Assembly (NCBI GenBank): GCA_010405405.1 | Contig: MU004239.1 | Span: 992,001-1,056,000 of the forward strand | Direction of reading: 5' to 3' | Source: Microthyrium microscopicum | Taxonomy: Eukaryota | DNA length: 64,000 bases | Notes under the pieces: generated by a model | Databases searched by the model: none | What the model was told of the DNA's origin: nothing | Seen by the model: the letters and a program-made list of their open reading frames with translations, nothing else | Made by a program: the position numbers and the translations under genes | In this document: positions 24,840-37,803 of the stretch, piece by piece | Layout of the letters: every line of letters begins with the position of its first letter | Numbering within the stretch: position 1 is the stretch's first letter

Positions 24840-27800
24840 AGGTACCTTGCTTATGTCTATACGTAGGATAATCTCTTATTTAGGAGTAGCCTTCTGCTAT
24901 CTTTATCTTAATCCTAAATATTATAGGCTAGTACTAGGATGCATAGAACTACTAGGCGTTATAGTTAGCCTAAATATATTAGTGTCCTATAAGAATTCTT
25001 TAGTTATATCTATCTCTTATAGTAGACTAGATTTAGAGTAATCTATAGAAAGAACCTTTACTTCTATAGTATCTAGTAATAAAGGGTTAATACCCTAATA
25101 ATTCTCTCTAAGATTAGATACCTATTTATATAGATCTATTACCTCTAGTATAGGCGTATAGGTAATTAGGGTAGCGATTCTATTATAGCTCCTTAGCCTT
25201 AATAATTTATCTTTCTACTTTTATTATTTTAGTAATATAAAGATTAATTCTTATTCTACTATAGCTAAGAGGATTTCCTCCCTTATTAAGCTTTAATTTA
25301 GAGGGGTAGAAATATTATTATTCTCCTTCCTTATTAGATCTTATAGCACTATAAAATATTTTGCCTTCTACATAATTTACTTTATCTACTTTAGATTGCT
25401 TTATGCTAAAGCTAGAATTAGGCTAGGAGGAATATATTCTAATGCTATAGGAGTCTCTAAGTTACTACTTAAGTTATAAATAATTACTATAGGGCGTTTC
25501 TTTTCTTATCTATAAATGCTTACTTTAGCTTTCTAAACTTTTCTTATAAGGTTAAGAGAGATAGTAGGTAGACCTAGGTAATATCTCCTAGTACTAGACC
25601 TTTTAATATTAATTAATTCTACTAAAAGGTTTCTTAATCTATTAAGCTAGTCTTTCTTAGTTATAGTAGATATATCTATCTCACTTTTATACTCTTTATC
25701 TAGGACGCCTTTAAGGTTATCCTTGCTTAGTTACTTATGCTTAGGATACGGCTAGTTTTAGTAATAATATTTATTTTCTTTCTATATATATGCTTATATA
25801 AGGTAATTCCTATAGACGAGGTTTCTAAGTACTTTTTTATTAAGTATCTTAAGAGTGTATATTCTTAGGAGGTAGACCTTTAAGACTTTATAAAGGCTAA
25901 ACTATGCCGCCTAGAACTTAGTTTTATTTAAGTTTTTAAGGAGTATATAAGAACCTATAGGGAACTTAATAATAAAGTCCTCTTTTAAAATTATATTACT
26001 ATTAATAAGGTTTAAAGCTACGGCTTATTTTAATAAGGCGTTATAATAGACTTACTTAGTAGTTCTAACTTTTTCTAGACAATCTTTAGTAATTACGTAG
26101 ATAAAAAGTATAGTACTAGTTAATTTAGCTTATTTATCTTTCTTTACTTAGCCTATTTTAAAGTCTTTAGGATCTTTCCTATAGATAAGGAAGAAGAGAG
26201 ATATTCTTAACGTAGTATAAGCTCGTACTTTAGTAATATAAACTACCTAATTTAGGTATAGATCCTAGCTAGCTATAAGTTTTTCTTCTAGGAACTTAGT
26301 TAGGAACATGCCTAGTAAGTTGTTAAATCTCTTAACCTTTTTGTTAAATTGAGGGTTATATAGGGCTATTAAGTAGTACTTAGTCTTTATCTATTATAAT
26401 AAGGATAAAATTACGTTTAAGATAAACTAAGGTCTATTATCTAAGGTTAACGATTAAGAAGAACTATATTCTAAGATAATTTTCTTATAGATAAATTCTA
26501 TGACTATAGGAGCGGTAGCATTTAGTACTACTTTTATAATAAGCTATCCTATAATATAGTTAATTATATAGATAATATATTAGTTCCTAAAAAGACTCTA
26601 TAGAAGTTTACTAATTAGGTTAATTCCCTAAGCCTTAAATAGCTATAGGTTTCGTACTTAATAGTAGAACCTATGCTTAGGCCTACTTTAATCTATCTAT
26701 TAAACTTAACATATAGGACAGAACTAGGTAAATTCTTAGAAGTTATCTTTTATTCCTAACTACTAACCTTCTAGTTTAAGGATACTAGTAAGGCCTATAT
26801 ATAATAGGTGCCTATACTAATTATATATTTTCTTAATAAGGTCTTAATAGTAGAGGAAGTAAATATAGAGTAAACTAGTAAGCATTTTAGCTTTAGTAGA
26901 ATTTTTCTCTAAGAATAGATACTTGCGTTTCCTTCTAATATCTTTATTAGGGTTGATCTAAAAACGATTAAGAACGCTTTTCTAGAGCCTCTTTTATACG
27001 CTAGTAGGGATAGTATAATCTTTCTTTTCTAACGCTTTTTATAAGCTCTATATATAGAGGGCTTTCTATTCTTTCTACTTTTATAAGGGTTCTAATAAGG
27101 TAGCTTGCGCCTTAGAAAATAAGTTATTATTACTATCTTTAGGCTCTATTTCCTAGATAGTGTTAATCTATTCTTCTTAAAAGTTTAGATAGCGACTAAA
27201 AGTATTAGGAACTACTACTTAGGAACCCTTACGATACATAAAGATAAGATTAAATTCTTAGAACTCTTTAATTTATTAAGTAATACGTTAAGTATTGTTC
27301 TTAATTGTATTTATATACTATAAGCTATTATAATTTGTAATTACTTTAATAGTCTTCCCTAGGAAGTAGTGTTAGTATCTCCTAATTATATTCTTAATTA
27401 TAAGAAGCTTTTTCTTATACACTAGATAGTTAAGTTTAGCTCTGCTTAGCTTATAGCTATTAAAAGTAACTAGGTACTATTTACCCTAGTCGTCTTCTTA
27501 TACTAGCTTGTAACTAATCGTATAATCTAAAGCATCTATTTAGAGCTTTATAGGCTTTTGTAAGTTATATATTACTAAGATAGGCAATAAGGTTAATAGA
27601 GTCTTAATTCTATTAAAGGCTATAGTATATTAATAGGTCTAAGTAATAAGGTAGTGCTTCTTTTTCTTAATATCTAGGTTAGCCTCCTTTAGGAGGTTAA
27701 AAATAAGGATAGCAATCTTAGTAAAGTTCTTAATATACTACTAGTAGTATAAGGTAAGACTAAGGAATTAACGTATTTTATATACGTTCTTAGGTATAGG

Positions 27801-30800
27801 CTAGGACTTAATTAAGGTAGTCTTTTTACGTAAGGGTTAGATTTACTAACTTTCTACTTTATAGCTATAGAATTTAATCTTCTTAACTTTAAAGATATAT
27901 TTATTAGGATGAGCGTAGAGCTTATTATCTTAGAAGATCTTTAGAACTTAGGTAATATACTTATAATATTCCTCTATAATATTTAAGTAAATAATAATAT
28001 TATTTAGGTAAATAACTACGTAGGTTAACAGAAAGGGCTAAAGAAGTGTATTTATTATACGCTAGAAGAATGATAACGTATTTATTAATTTAAAAGGCAT
28101 AATAAGAAACTTGTACTTCCTAAACCTAGTATTAAAGGCTATTTTCTTAATATTTTTTTCTACTATACGGACTTACTAATAGCTTAATAGGAGGTTAAGC
28201 TTAGAGAAGAATCTTGCTCTACTAATAGTATTAAGATACTTATTAATTCGTAGTAAGGAATAAGTATCCTTGCGCGTAACTATATTAAGTAGACGATAGT
28301 TAATATATATTCTCTATTTTCTTTTTAGCTTTAGTACAAATAGAATAAGGAAACTCTAAGAACTTCCTAAGACTCTAATAAGTTTTTTAGCAAGTAGTTC
28401 TTAAATCTACTTTTCTTACTCTTTTAGTTGTAGACTAAATATCTAATAATAAGCCTAATTATAAGGAGGAGCGTCCCTTGTAGAGATTTCGTAATTAAAC
28501 TTAAAGTATAGAGAAAGTTTAAAAAGAGTATAATGAAAAGACTTATAATAATTATTTAAAAGTTTCTATATGCCTTTATCTTCTAAAGCAAGTTTATTAA
28601 TGTTAAGGTTATTAGTTATTAAGAGGATATTAGGCTATTCTTATATTTTGTGAATTAGCTAAAGAACGCTCTTAACTTTGTTTCTTGCTCTTTTTACCCT
28701 ATTCTAAAGTACTTAAAAGATTACGTAAAGAGAGCTAGCTATAAACTACTCTATTTATTTTAGGTAGCTTCTTTTATTCTAGAGAGGCTCTACCTAGCGT
28801 TCTATAATAAGCTTATAAGTATATAGGCCCTTTAAGCGTTACTTTATAAGCTTAATTCGCCTTATTATCTAATTAATCTATAGATTGCATAACTAGAACT
28901 ATAAGAGTCTAAAAATAACGTTAAGATTAGAAATATCTAGGACATAAGCCTTAAAGTAGCTATAAAAGGTCCTAATACGATAAAGTAAGTAAATCTTAAA
29001 GGAAGTTATAACTATATAGCTATCTATAAGAGTAACTTCTTTCTCTAAGATAAGTATTATAGGAGTTTTAAGTTTCTTAATAATCTTTTAACTAACGTAA
29101 ATAGAGTTAGCTCCTAAGTCTAGAAGAGCTATAGTCTTAATAGAATAATTTTTATAATATAAGTAAATAAGTAGACGTAAGAGAGTATTGCTATATCTAC
29201 TTATATAGTTAAGGAAAGCTTATTAATTGTTATATAGATAAGTAGAGTATTCTAGTTCTAAGCTAGAAGATTCTTATTTATCTCTTAGTAATAGTAGTTT
29301 TTTAAATCCTATTATTGCTAGTTAGGCTTTTTATAATCTATAGCGCGATAGCTAAGTTTACTATAATTCTAGTACTTAAGTTTAGAGTTATCTATAGGAG
29401 CTTTCCTACTTTTAGAGTCCTTTTTACGAAAGGGCTATAACTTTTTATTAGAGTTAAATTTCCTAGAGCGTTAAGTATTATGTTATCTTCTAGGATGGTG
29501 ACTATAGCTATTTATAGCGTTAAGCTACCCTAAATTTTTATTATTTAACTTAAGCTTATTATTAGTATAGCTTTTATTATTAACTTCCCTAAGATATTTT
29601 TTAGAATTAGTATCTAGAGTAGGCTTTTTATCTTCCTTAAAACTAGAGGAGATTTTATTAAGCTACCTTAGCCTATAAGCGTTATAAGTATTACGCGTAT
29701 TTCTATAAAAGTTTGTATTATATTTAATAATCTCTTATTTAAAGGCTAAAATATTAACTATAGGGTTAGGAATAGTACTATGCCTACGCTTAGCTTTAAA
29801 GGTAACTTGTTCTTTAAGGCCTCCTTAGATTTAGATACCTATTTTGTGATTAGTAGGTATAGGATTTATTTAAGTTTATAGAATATAAAGATAATAAATA
29901 AATTCCTTAGTAAATAAAACCTATAATATATAATTCTACTAGATACTAACTTTAAGTATATCTTTTTTAATGCTAAATATAGGTTAAAAGTAGATAAAGA
30001 AGTAAGATAAACTTTTAAGTGTTTTAAACTCCTCTATAGCTTATTACTAGGCTAAGTTAGCCTATAAGAGACGTTGCTTAATAGGAAGATATTCTTTAAC
30101 CTTAGTAATTTTTTACTACTTAGGTAGGGTAGAATTTAATAAGAGAATATTCTTACTAGCCTTAAAGGTATAAAGGAGGCTCTTAACCTAGGTATTATAC
30201 TCGCTTAGTTTCCTAGAGAATAAACTATTAGGAGGTATCTTAAACTTAGTTAAATATTATCTCTATTCCTAAGGAACGTTTTTTATTATCTTAATAAGTT
30301 TTTAGAGACTAAAAGTTTAGAAGAGCAATTTAATAGTCTTATCTAACTTCTTACTTAGCTTTCTTATAAGGTCTAGGTAAGTAATACCTATTCGTAAAGT
30401 TTCTTAGGTTAAAGCCTAAGTTTAGGTATAAGCCTTAATTTTATCTATTTAGCAATCTTAGGTACGTAGAGTAAACTTACTCGCGTTAAGATAAGAAGTT
30501 AATTTAGTAATATAATTTACTATCTCTTACTACTAAGTATATTAGACGTTCTTTATAGGTTTAGGGCTATAATCTTATTTACTTTGCCTATTAGTAGTAG
30601 AGTAAAATAACGCTCCTTAAGAAGAAATAGGCTTATTTACGAACTACTAATTTTTGTTATTATTACGTTAGAAAGTTTAGTTATAGGCCTAGAGAACGTA
30701 GTTAGGTCCCCTAGGAGTATAGTTCTAAGCTTAGGAGAGAGTTTATAGTTTAGTAAAAAGATAGTTAATAGTCTAGAGATTAACTTAATACGTGCTAGTA

Positions 30801-30950
30801 GAATAGTTTAAGGCTTAGGGCCCTAATTACTAAATGTTAGTAACCTAAGTTATAAGGTTAGAACTAGGATTTAGTACGCTAGGAAGGTTATCTAGTAATA
30901 TAGAAGTAAGTTACTTATCTTAAGGATCTAGGTTAGTAACTTAGGCTTAG
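24840..30950 (-). pseudogene. gag-pol polyprotein relic
   Basis: De-RIP motifs: CCHC knuckle near 29335-29380, protease ALLD(S)GA near 29110-29130 in the gag frame, RT DYRLLN..KDxYPLPRI..FSKLD and YL(DD) at 27999-28010, RNase H DAS..NYPVHEKEL, integrase HHCC near 26700-26830 and GPY/F module near 25810-25950; ends approximate. Confidence 0.9.
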
Positions 30951-31679
30951 TATTATACTTACTAAGTATCTTATCTTATAGCTTAGGCTATAATGTTATT
31001 ATGCTAGTTATTTATTTTAGTAAAGGGGAGTAATAGTTTTAACGAAGGGTATAATCTTAGTAAGGTAAGGAAAGAGTCTTAAGGTTTAGAAGTTCCTATA
31101 CTAAAGTTAGTTAGATAGAATCTAGAGTTAGGAGATTATTCTAAGGTGGATTTTTATGCTTCCTTAGTATAGATAAGATCTTAATCTAATTTCCTAAGAT
31201 AACCTAAGGCTAAGAGCCTACGTTATTACTTATTAGCTTTAATTTATATAGTAAAGTTCCTATAACGTTATCCTAAGGGATTTTTTAAGGAGAAGTTCTT
31301 ATGTTTCGTCTAATAGTTACGTAATTAACGTAGCAAAGGTTAGTAGGGATAAGAAGGGTATTATTATAGAAGAGATAATTCTTATAATATATTTAATAAT
31401 CCTTAAAGTAGTAGTTTAAATTAAAGATAATTTAAGACATTTTTAGGATATATTATAGTAAGAAATATTATTATACGTAAATCTTAAGAATTATTTCCTA
31501 ATATATAGTTACTAAGTATTAGGCTATAATAAGGCTAGCTAATTAGGAGATAGTGTTCTTAGAGCATATCTTACTAGATATTAATCCTAAGTAATTATTA
31601 ATGATAAGGTAAATCTAGGAATTTCTATAAGAGGTCTATTATCTAGAGGTCTTAATTAAATTAAATCATTACTACTAGA

Positions 31680-31831
31680 TATTATAAGAATATGAGAAAT
31701 AAAGCGTGGTTAATTACTATAGGGGTCTAAGGGCCTAATATAGTTTTTAGGACACGCTAATCAGGGGATTATGTTATCCCTAATTAGGTCCTACGATTAT
31801 CTAATCCCTTGGCATGTTCTTCATCACAACA
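31680..31831 (-). repeat. 5' LTR (right copy)
   Basis: Direct repeat of 22229-22380; ends CATCACAACA next to TSD ACAAG. Confidence 0.95.
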
Positions 31832-32407
31832 ACAAGCTTGTTCAACGGCGCCTCCCATATCCATAAGTCGTCCGCCATTGGCCATTTGATAATCGTCTGC
31901 CTTACGGTTAATACTGTACTTCTCCCATCAATGAATGGCAGGGTTAACAATAACGACAAGTCATACATATGTCATAGTGAAATGTGTGCTACTTTGAAGG
32001 TAATTGTGTTTCTTGTACTAGCGACACGCAAGACAGGCTGCCATATTGTTTCTCATAGACATCCGTTGCCTTCCTGTTTGGGCAGGGAACTTCGGATATT
32101 ATTAGATCGTCAATCATCCGCGGTTCCTCCGCTATTTGTGATATTATTTCTTGACTCCTAGATACAAGTCCGAGACTAGCTCGCACCGTAAAAAATGGGC
32201 ATGACGTACGGCATGCTTCACTTATGGGTGCCTTGAAAGATGAAATCATTCGAAGTATGTACTGTCGGGTCCCGTATCCGACTCCAGGCAGCTCGGCCCG
32301 AACTGGCTTCCGTCGGGATCAACCGCCGACCAAGATTTTATGCTCTAGTGCTGCGAGACTCCAAAGAGATTGATCGTGCATAGGTACATCTTCATCCGCC
32401 TCTATCA

Positions 32408-33530
32408 ATGGCCTTTGCCCTTCCCCCCGCGAGGCTAACGTGGCTTCGAGCTCTATCACACACTCGTTCTAATCAAGTACGATGTGCTGCGACCGCTGCA
32501 GCATCTACGCCTGTCAACGATCTGGTTGATTCGTCTTTCTACACTTCAACCGATGATGTCGCAAAGTCATACGACCCAGTAGCCAATGCTGCTAAAAGAA
32601 AGAGGCAATTGCCTTCTAGTCGGTATGTTCTACAGCTTTGAATCGTCACGACGACCGTTCCACGCGCAACATCCGCGAATCCCCTATCATGACATTTACT
32701 GAATGACCACCAGCTACAAGTACCGACCCCCAAAGTACTATCGCGGTCCTCTCCATCCCCATCAACCTCCTCCACCAGATGACATCTCATCCCGCGAATT
32801 TATACCTGGACCATTCACACAACCGCGACTACTGGAAACATACGACAGTGTCGTAGCATCAGACATGCTCGCCCTCTGCTACACTCACGTAATACCAGGA
32901 GAAGGACTCAAAGATCGTGGAGACAGAATGCGGCATTGGGTTGGTGATTCACCATACTACGAAAACAGGCCTCCCAAGGGACCCAAAGGAGGCCACGGCC
33001 GCTTGCGACCAATTCATAAACCCATATCCTTCAAAAACATACCGGAACTTCGAAAAGCCGTAATCCATACCCATGTGCCCGACGCAGTAGAGAACCGCGG
33101 CTATCTACATTCAGCAAGTATGCTTCTACAGAGCATATCAGGCCATCGCGCTGAAGTCCACAAAGCCAAGATGAGCGTTCAAGAATGGGGTGCAAAAAAA
33201 GGCAAGCACGTCTCGCTTACGGTTGAATTGGAGGGAGAGGATATGTATCATTTCATGGCCAAGCTGGTGGAGATTGTCATGCCTCAGATCAAGGACTGGC
33301 CTGGTGTTAGCAGAGGGTCTGGAGACTCGGTCGGCAACATTTCTTTGGGTCTGCGGCCGGAGGATCTGACGCTGTTTCCAGAGGTCGAGGTGAATCTTGA
33401 TATGTATCCGCCGGATAAAATTCCTGGGTGCCATATTCAGATCCAAACGTCAGCAGTAACGGACAAGGAGGCTAGACTATTGCTGTCTACCATTGGAGTA
33501 CCATTTCATGACAAAGTGAAGAAGAGGTGA
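32408..33530 (+). CDS. MRPL7: Mitochondrial large ribosomal subunit protein uL5m (54S L7)
   Basis: Mitochondrial presequence-like N-terminus; intron 32623-32713; YRPPKYYRGPLHP, SREFIPGPF, GSGDSVGNISLG, IPGCHI..TSAVTDKEARLLL. Confidence 0.93.
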
Positions 33531-33661
33531 TCTCGGGTCTGGTACAGTCCGTAGCATATTAGACATGTAAATATAGCGGCGCATTGCGGCACTTGTAGAT
33601 TATGTTCTCGTACTAGCAGTATGAATACCAATTCTTCATAATCTGCCTAAAGCTCAAACTA

Positions 33662-33894
33662 CCATAGGGTGCGAGGGGGGGGTAGAGGCAATGATAGTAG
33701 GAGAACCCTTTAGGTAAAAGAATGGTATAAGTATTCGGAGATGCTTTTAGATATCTAGACAGGTCAGAGATAATAGATTAGAAAGAATGGCCAACTGTGG
33801 CATACCTTCTACGTCTTTTCCACAACATATGGTCGCTCTTTCCAGGAAGGGTTCTCCCATTATCATTTTCTCTACCACGCGTCGCCCGCTATAG
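33662..33894. mobile_element. Degenerate MITE-like element with about 50 bp imperfect TIRs flanked by TA (Tc1/mariner-type)
   Basis: GGTAGAGGCAATGATAGTAGGAGAACCCTT (33681-33710) matches the reverse complement of 33847-33876 at 26/30, with weaker matching out to TA at 33660-33661 and 33895-33896. Confidence 0.55.
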
Positions 33895-34405
33895 TACCTA
33901 ATCCATCCCAACAGAAGTACAGAACATGCATGCTCATCACCTCCTGAAGCTTTTGTCTGCCCGACTTAATCACAATTGCCGCCGTTGGCTCCTTCAATGC
34001 CCATTGATCTAATGAAGATGTTGTTTGAAGGCATCAGAAACTGCTGCTGCCTGGAAGTATTCTCCAGAATTGGTGAGAGCACTTGGACACGCTAAGCCTA
34101 ATATGGTCTGAAATAGTCACTAAATTGCATCACCTGACATGGCGCCTTCTTCGCTCCTCCAAACGCGACGCGTGTTGAACTCTTCCCCCTTTATCACTTT
34201 TTTGCCACACCACTCCAGACCATTGATTGCTCGAGGTCGTTAGTCGCCTCCCATCACCCCTCCACTATTTTGTCAATTTTCCAAAGCCAGATCGTACAAA
34301 GATAAGACCCTACTTCTCCCATTAACTCTCCTCGGCCATCGCGTATCCTTCATTTGACCACCGACCTGTTATCAGCCTGACTGATCTACGCCTCGCTCCG
34401 CCACT

Positions 34406-37368
34406 ATGCGTTCTCGTAGCAAGCTCCGAGCGAGCCTACGAGACAAACCTGCCGATGAAATGTCTCCGACACCAGGCCCTTCTACACGCCCAACTCGATC
34501 ATTCAGAGGCGTCGTCGTTCCATCGGTTCAAGCCGATACAGATAGCGTAGACTCGAAAAACTACCGAGATACATCAACTCGAAGTGCCTCATTGGCATCC
34601 GAGACACCTGATACTAGCATGGTTGTAACACCAGCCGAATCTTTGGTCAAAGGTCGAGGTCGTGGACGACAAATTTCCACAAAGCTTGTCCTTGGTTCCG
34701 CAAATGCAGGTACCCGTGGCCGATCAAAGCGAAAGTCGTCAACAATCAAGACTGAAGACGAAGCAATCAAGGATGAAGAGAGTGTGATTGTCGACACCTC
34801 AAAGGATGCTGAATTGGCTTTGAGACTCCAGAAACAAGAGTACAAGGACTCTGATGCTGAAGTATCTGGCGATGACTCCGACGTTCCAATCATGCAGAAT
34901 AGAATGAATGCAAAGAAACGATCACGTCGGTCTGCACTGTCTGATAGCGAATCAGAGCTTGTAAGTATATCTACTAAGCATTCATTGTTTCGTCGGGTCT
35001 CTGAGGCTAATACACTGTAGAGTGATTACTCTATTCGCGGTCCAGCAGGCAAACGTGCTCGCCATGAATCTGATTTCAATCTTACTGAGACCGAAGAAGA
35101 AGATGAGCTGTCTGAAGAGGACATTGAAAACGATGTCACTACCGCTGTTGCAGGACCTAGTGCGCTTATGGAGGAGGAGGAAGAAATAGACGAAACCCTC
35201 TCACCAGCAGGTAAGCAAATATCGATTGTCTAGTGTAGTATCTTGATGGCCGCGTTCTAACTCTCCTATCAACAGCCAAACGACGAGCTATAAAAGCTGC
35301 GCGACGAGCCAAACGACGTGGACCGCGGTTTAAGGTACCTCGAGGCGTCACTGGTCAGGAAGCACGCAAAATGCGCCGCCGTATGAAGCTGGAGAACTCT
35401 CATCCGGAAATTACCACTATGTGGGATGATTTAGCCAAACTTCCAGTCATCAAGCCCGTTCAGGCTCCTCAACCAGAGTCCATCACGCGTGAGCTGAAAT
35501 CATTTCAACGCGAAGGACTTGACTGGATGATCAAACAAGAAAAATCTACTTTCAAAGGTGGCCTTCTTGGTGATGAAATGGGTATGGGCAAAACGATTCA
35601 AGCCGTCAGTCTTATCATGTCCGACTATCCAGCAAAAGCTCCTTCACTAGTGCTTGTTCCACCCGTCGCTTTGATGCAATGGAGTGATGAGATCGAGTCT
35701 TACACTGATGGAAAGCTCAAAGTCTTGGTTGTTCATGGTTCGAATACCAAATCCAAGAACCTTACTGTCAAGGCTATCAAGCAGTACAACGTGCTGGTCA
35801 TGTCGTACAATACGCTGGAGTCGGCTTTTCGCAAGCAAGAGAAGGGCTGGAGCCGCGGCGAAAATATCATCAAAGCCGACTCTGCCGTTCATGCTGTGAA
35901 ATGGCATCGTGTTATACTCGATGAGGCGCACTCCATCAAAAGCCGAAATACTGGACAAGCAAAAGCCTGTTTTGCTTTGAACGCTACCTACAAATGGTGC
36001 TTATCTGGCACTCCTGTGCAAAACCGCATTGGAGAGTTCTTCTCCCTTTTGCGCTTCCTAGAGTGTCGACCATTTGCAGATTACTTCTGCGAAGCTTGTG
36101 ATTGTGCTGAACTTCACTGGGCTATTGACACAGAATATCGATGCACCAAGTGTAGACATTCTAGCTCTGAGCATCGTAGTGTCTTCAATGAAGAGATTTT
36201 GAACCCAATTACAGGGGATAGGTAAGTCCTCGCCGATTGTAGAGATATCACATCATACTGATTCTTTCCTAGTCCTGCCGATCGTGATGCTGCTTTGGAC
36301 AAGCTTCACATGCTCACTGATCGTATCATGCTTCGGCGATTGAAGAAAGATTACACCGCCTCTATGGAGCTACCGCCAAAGCTGGTTCAAGTACGCAACG
36401 AGTTCTTTAGTTCCATCGAACGGGATTTCTCTTCAAGTATTATGTCCAATACTGTGCGCCAATTTGACACTTACGTCTCTCGCGGTGTGGTCTTAAACAA
36501 CTACGCCAACATCTTCGGTCTGATTATGCAGATGCGTCAAGTCGCCAACCACCCAGATCTCATCCTTCGAAAGCATTCTGAAGGTGGCCAAAACGTCTTG
36601 ATTTGCAACATCTGCGACGAACCAGCCGAGGAACCAATCCGATCTCAGTGCAAGCACGACTTCTGTCGCGAATGCGCCAAGTCTTTCATCTCAACCTGCG
36701 AGCAAAGCAGCGGCGATATAGAATGTCCTCGCTGCCACATTGCCCTATCCATTGATTTGACGCAGCCTGAAATCGAGCAAGATCTTGATATGGTCAAGAA
36801 AAGCTCAATCATCAACCGCATCAAAATGTCCGACTGGACATCCTCTACCAAAATCGAAATGCTCGTCTACGAACTCTACAAGCTCCGCTCTTCCAAACGC
36901 ACCCTTAAGAGCATCGTCTTCAGCCAATTCACCAGCATGCTGCAGCTCGTCGAATGGCGTCTCCGCAAAGCAGGCTTCAGCACCGTCATGTTAGACGGCA
37001 GCATGACGCCTATGCAACGCAAAAAGAGCATCCAGTACTTTATGGAGAACGCCAATGTTGAAGTCTTCCTCGTCTCGCTCAAAGCTGGTGGTGTCGCGCT
37101 CAATTTGACAGAGGCCAGTCGCGTATTCATCATTGATCCGTGGTGGAATCCGGCGGCTGAGTGGCAGTCTGCTGATCGGGTTCATCGTATTGGGCAGAGT
37201 CGGCCGTGTGTTATTACGCGGTTGGTGGTGGAGGATAGTGTGGAGAGTCGGATGGTGCAGTTGCAGGAGAAGAAGGCGAATCTTATTGCGAGCACTATCA
37301 ATAAGGATAAGGTTGCGATGGATAAGCTGAGTCCGGAGGATCTGCAGTTCTTGTTTCGTGGAACTTGA
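34406..37368 (+). CDS. RAD16: DNA repair protein Rad16 (SNF2 ATPase with RING finger)
   Basis: Introns 34961-35020, 35211-35275, 36222-36272; GGLLGDEMGMGKT, ILDEAH, LSGTPVQNR, RING CNIC..CKHDFCREC..CPRC, WTSSTKIE, DPWWNPAAEWQSADRVHRIGQ. Confidence 0.96.
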
Positions 37369-37803
37369 TTTGGCTGTCCGGCGAGGGTACGGTGCGGGCT
37401 TGGGACTGGCGGCATTTTGGCTGCGGTCCGGTTATGGTGAATAGGTTGAGTATTTTTTATGATATCCCTTGATGCGCCTTCATGATTAAGACCGGACTGG
37501 CCTGATTGGCATCACCACGGCCTATATCCAGGCACCACTCTTATGTTCTATGTTGTTGATTGATGATTTATGGCTACTATTCTCTGCGTATCTTGTTCGA
37601 TTCTTCGACTTGGTGGTTGACGTTTCTGCAGTCCAGGCTTGGATGAAGACAGTTATGTAGAACTATTAGCAATGTATACACTATCTAGAATATATGGCTA
37701 AGCTCCATTGGCAGTCCTTAGTGAACGAATACGTGCGTTTGTAGACTGTGGTTGCAATGGACCCTTTTCAGCCTTCACGGCACTCACTGGATACAGTAAA
37801 ATA

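Larger units (their letters stand above)
22229..31831 (-). mobile_element. Full-length Ty3/Gypsy LTR retrotransposon, RIP-inactivated, 9603 bp
   Basis: 152 bp direct LTRs with outer TG..CA termini; 5 bp TSD ACAAG at 22224-22228 and 31832-31836; strongly TpA-enriched, CpA/TpG-depleted interior; degenerate gag-PR-RT-RH-INT order on the minus strand. Confidence 0.97.

Noticed and set aside
24847..25041. 64 aa ORF inside the retroelement
   Set aside because: Chance open stretch in RIP-mutated AT-rich DNA, antisense to the pol tail
29297..29303. AAAAAAC slippery heptamer after the gag zinc knuckle
   Set aside because: Not in X XXY YYZ register and the protease motif is already in the gag frame, so no frameshift is needed
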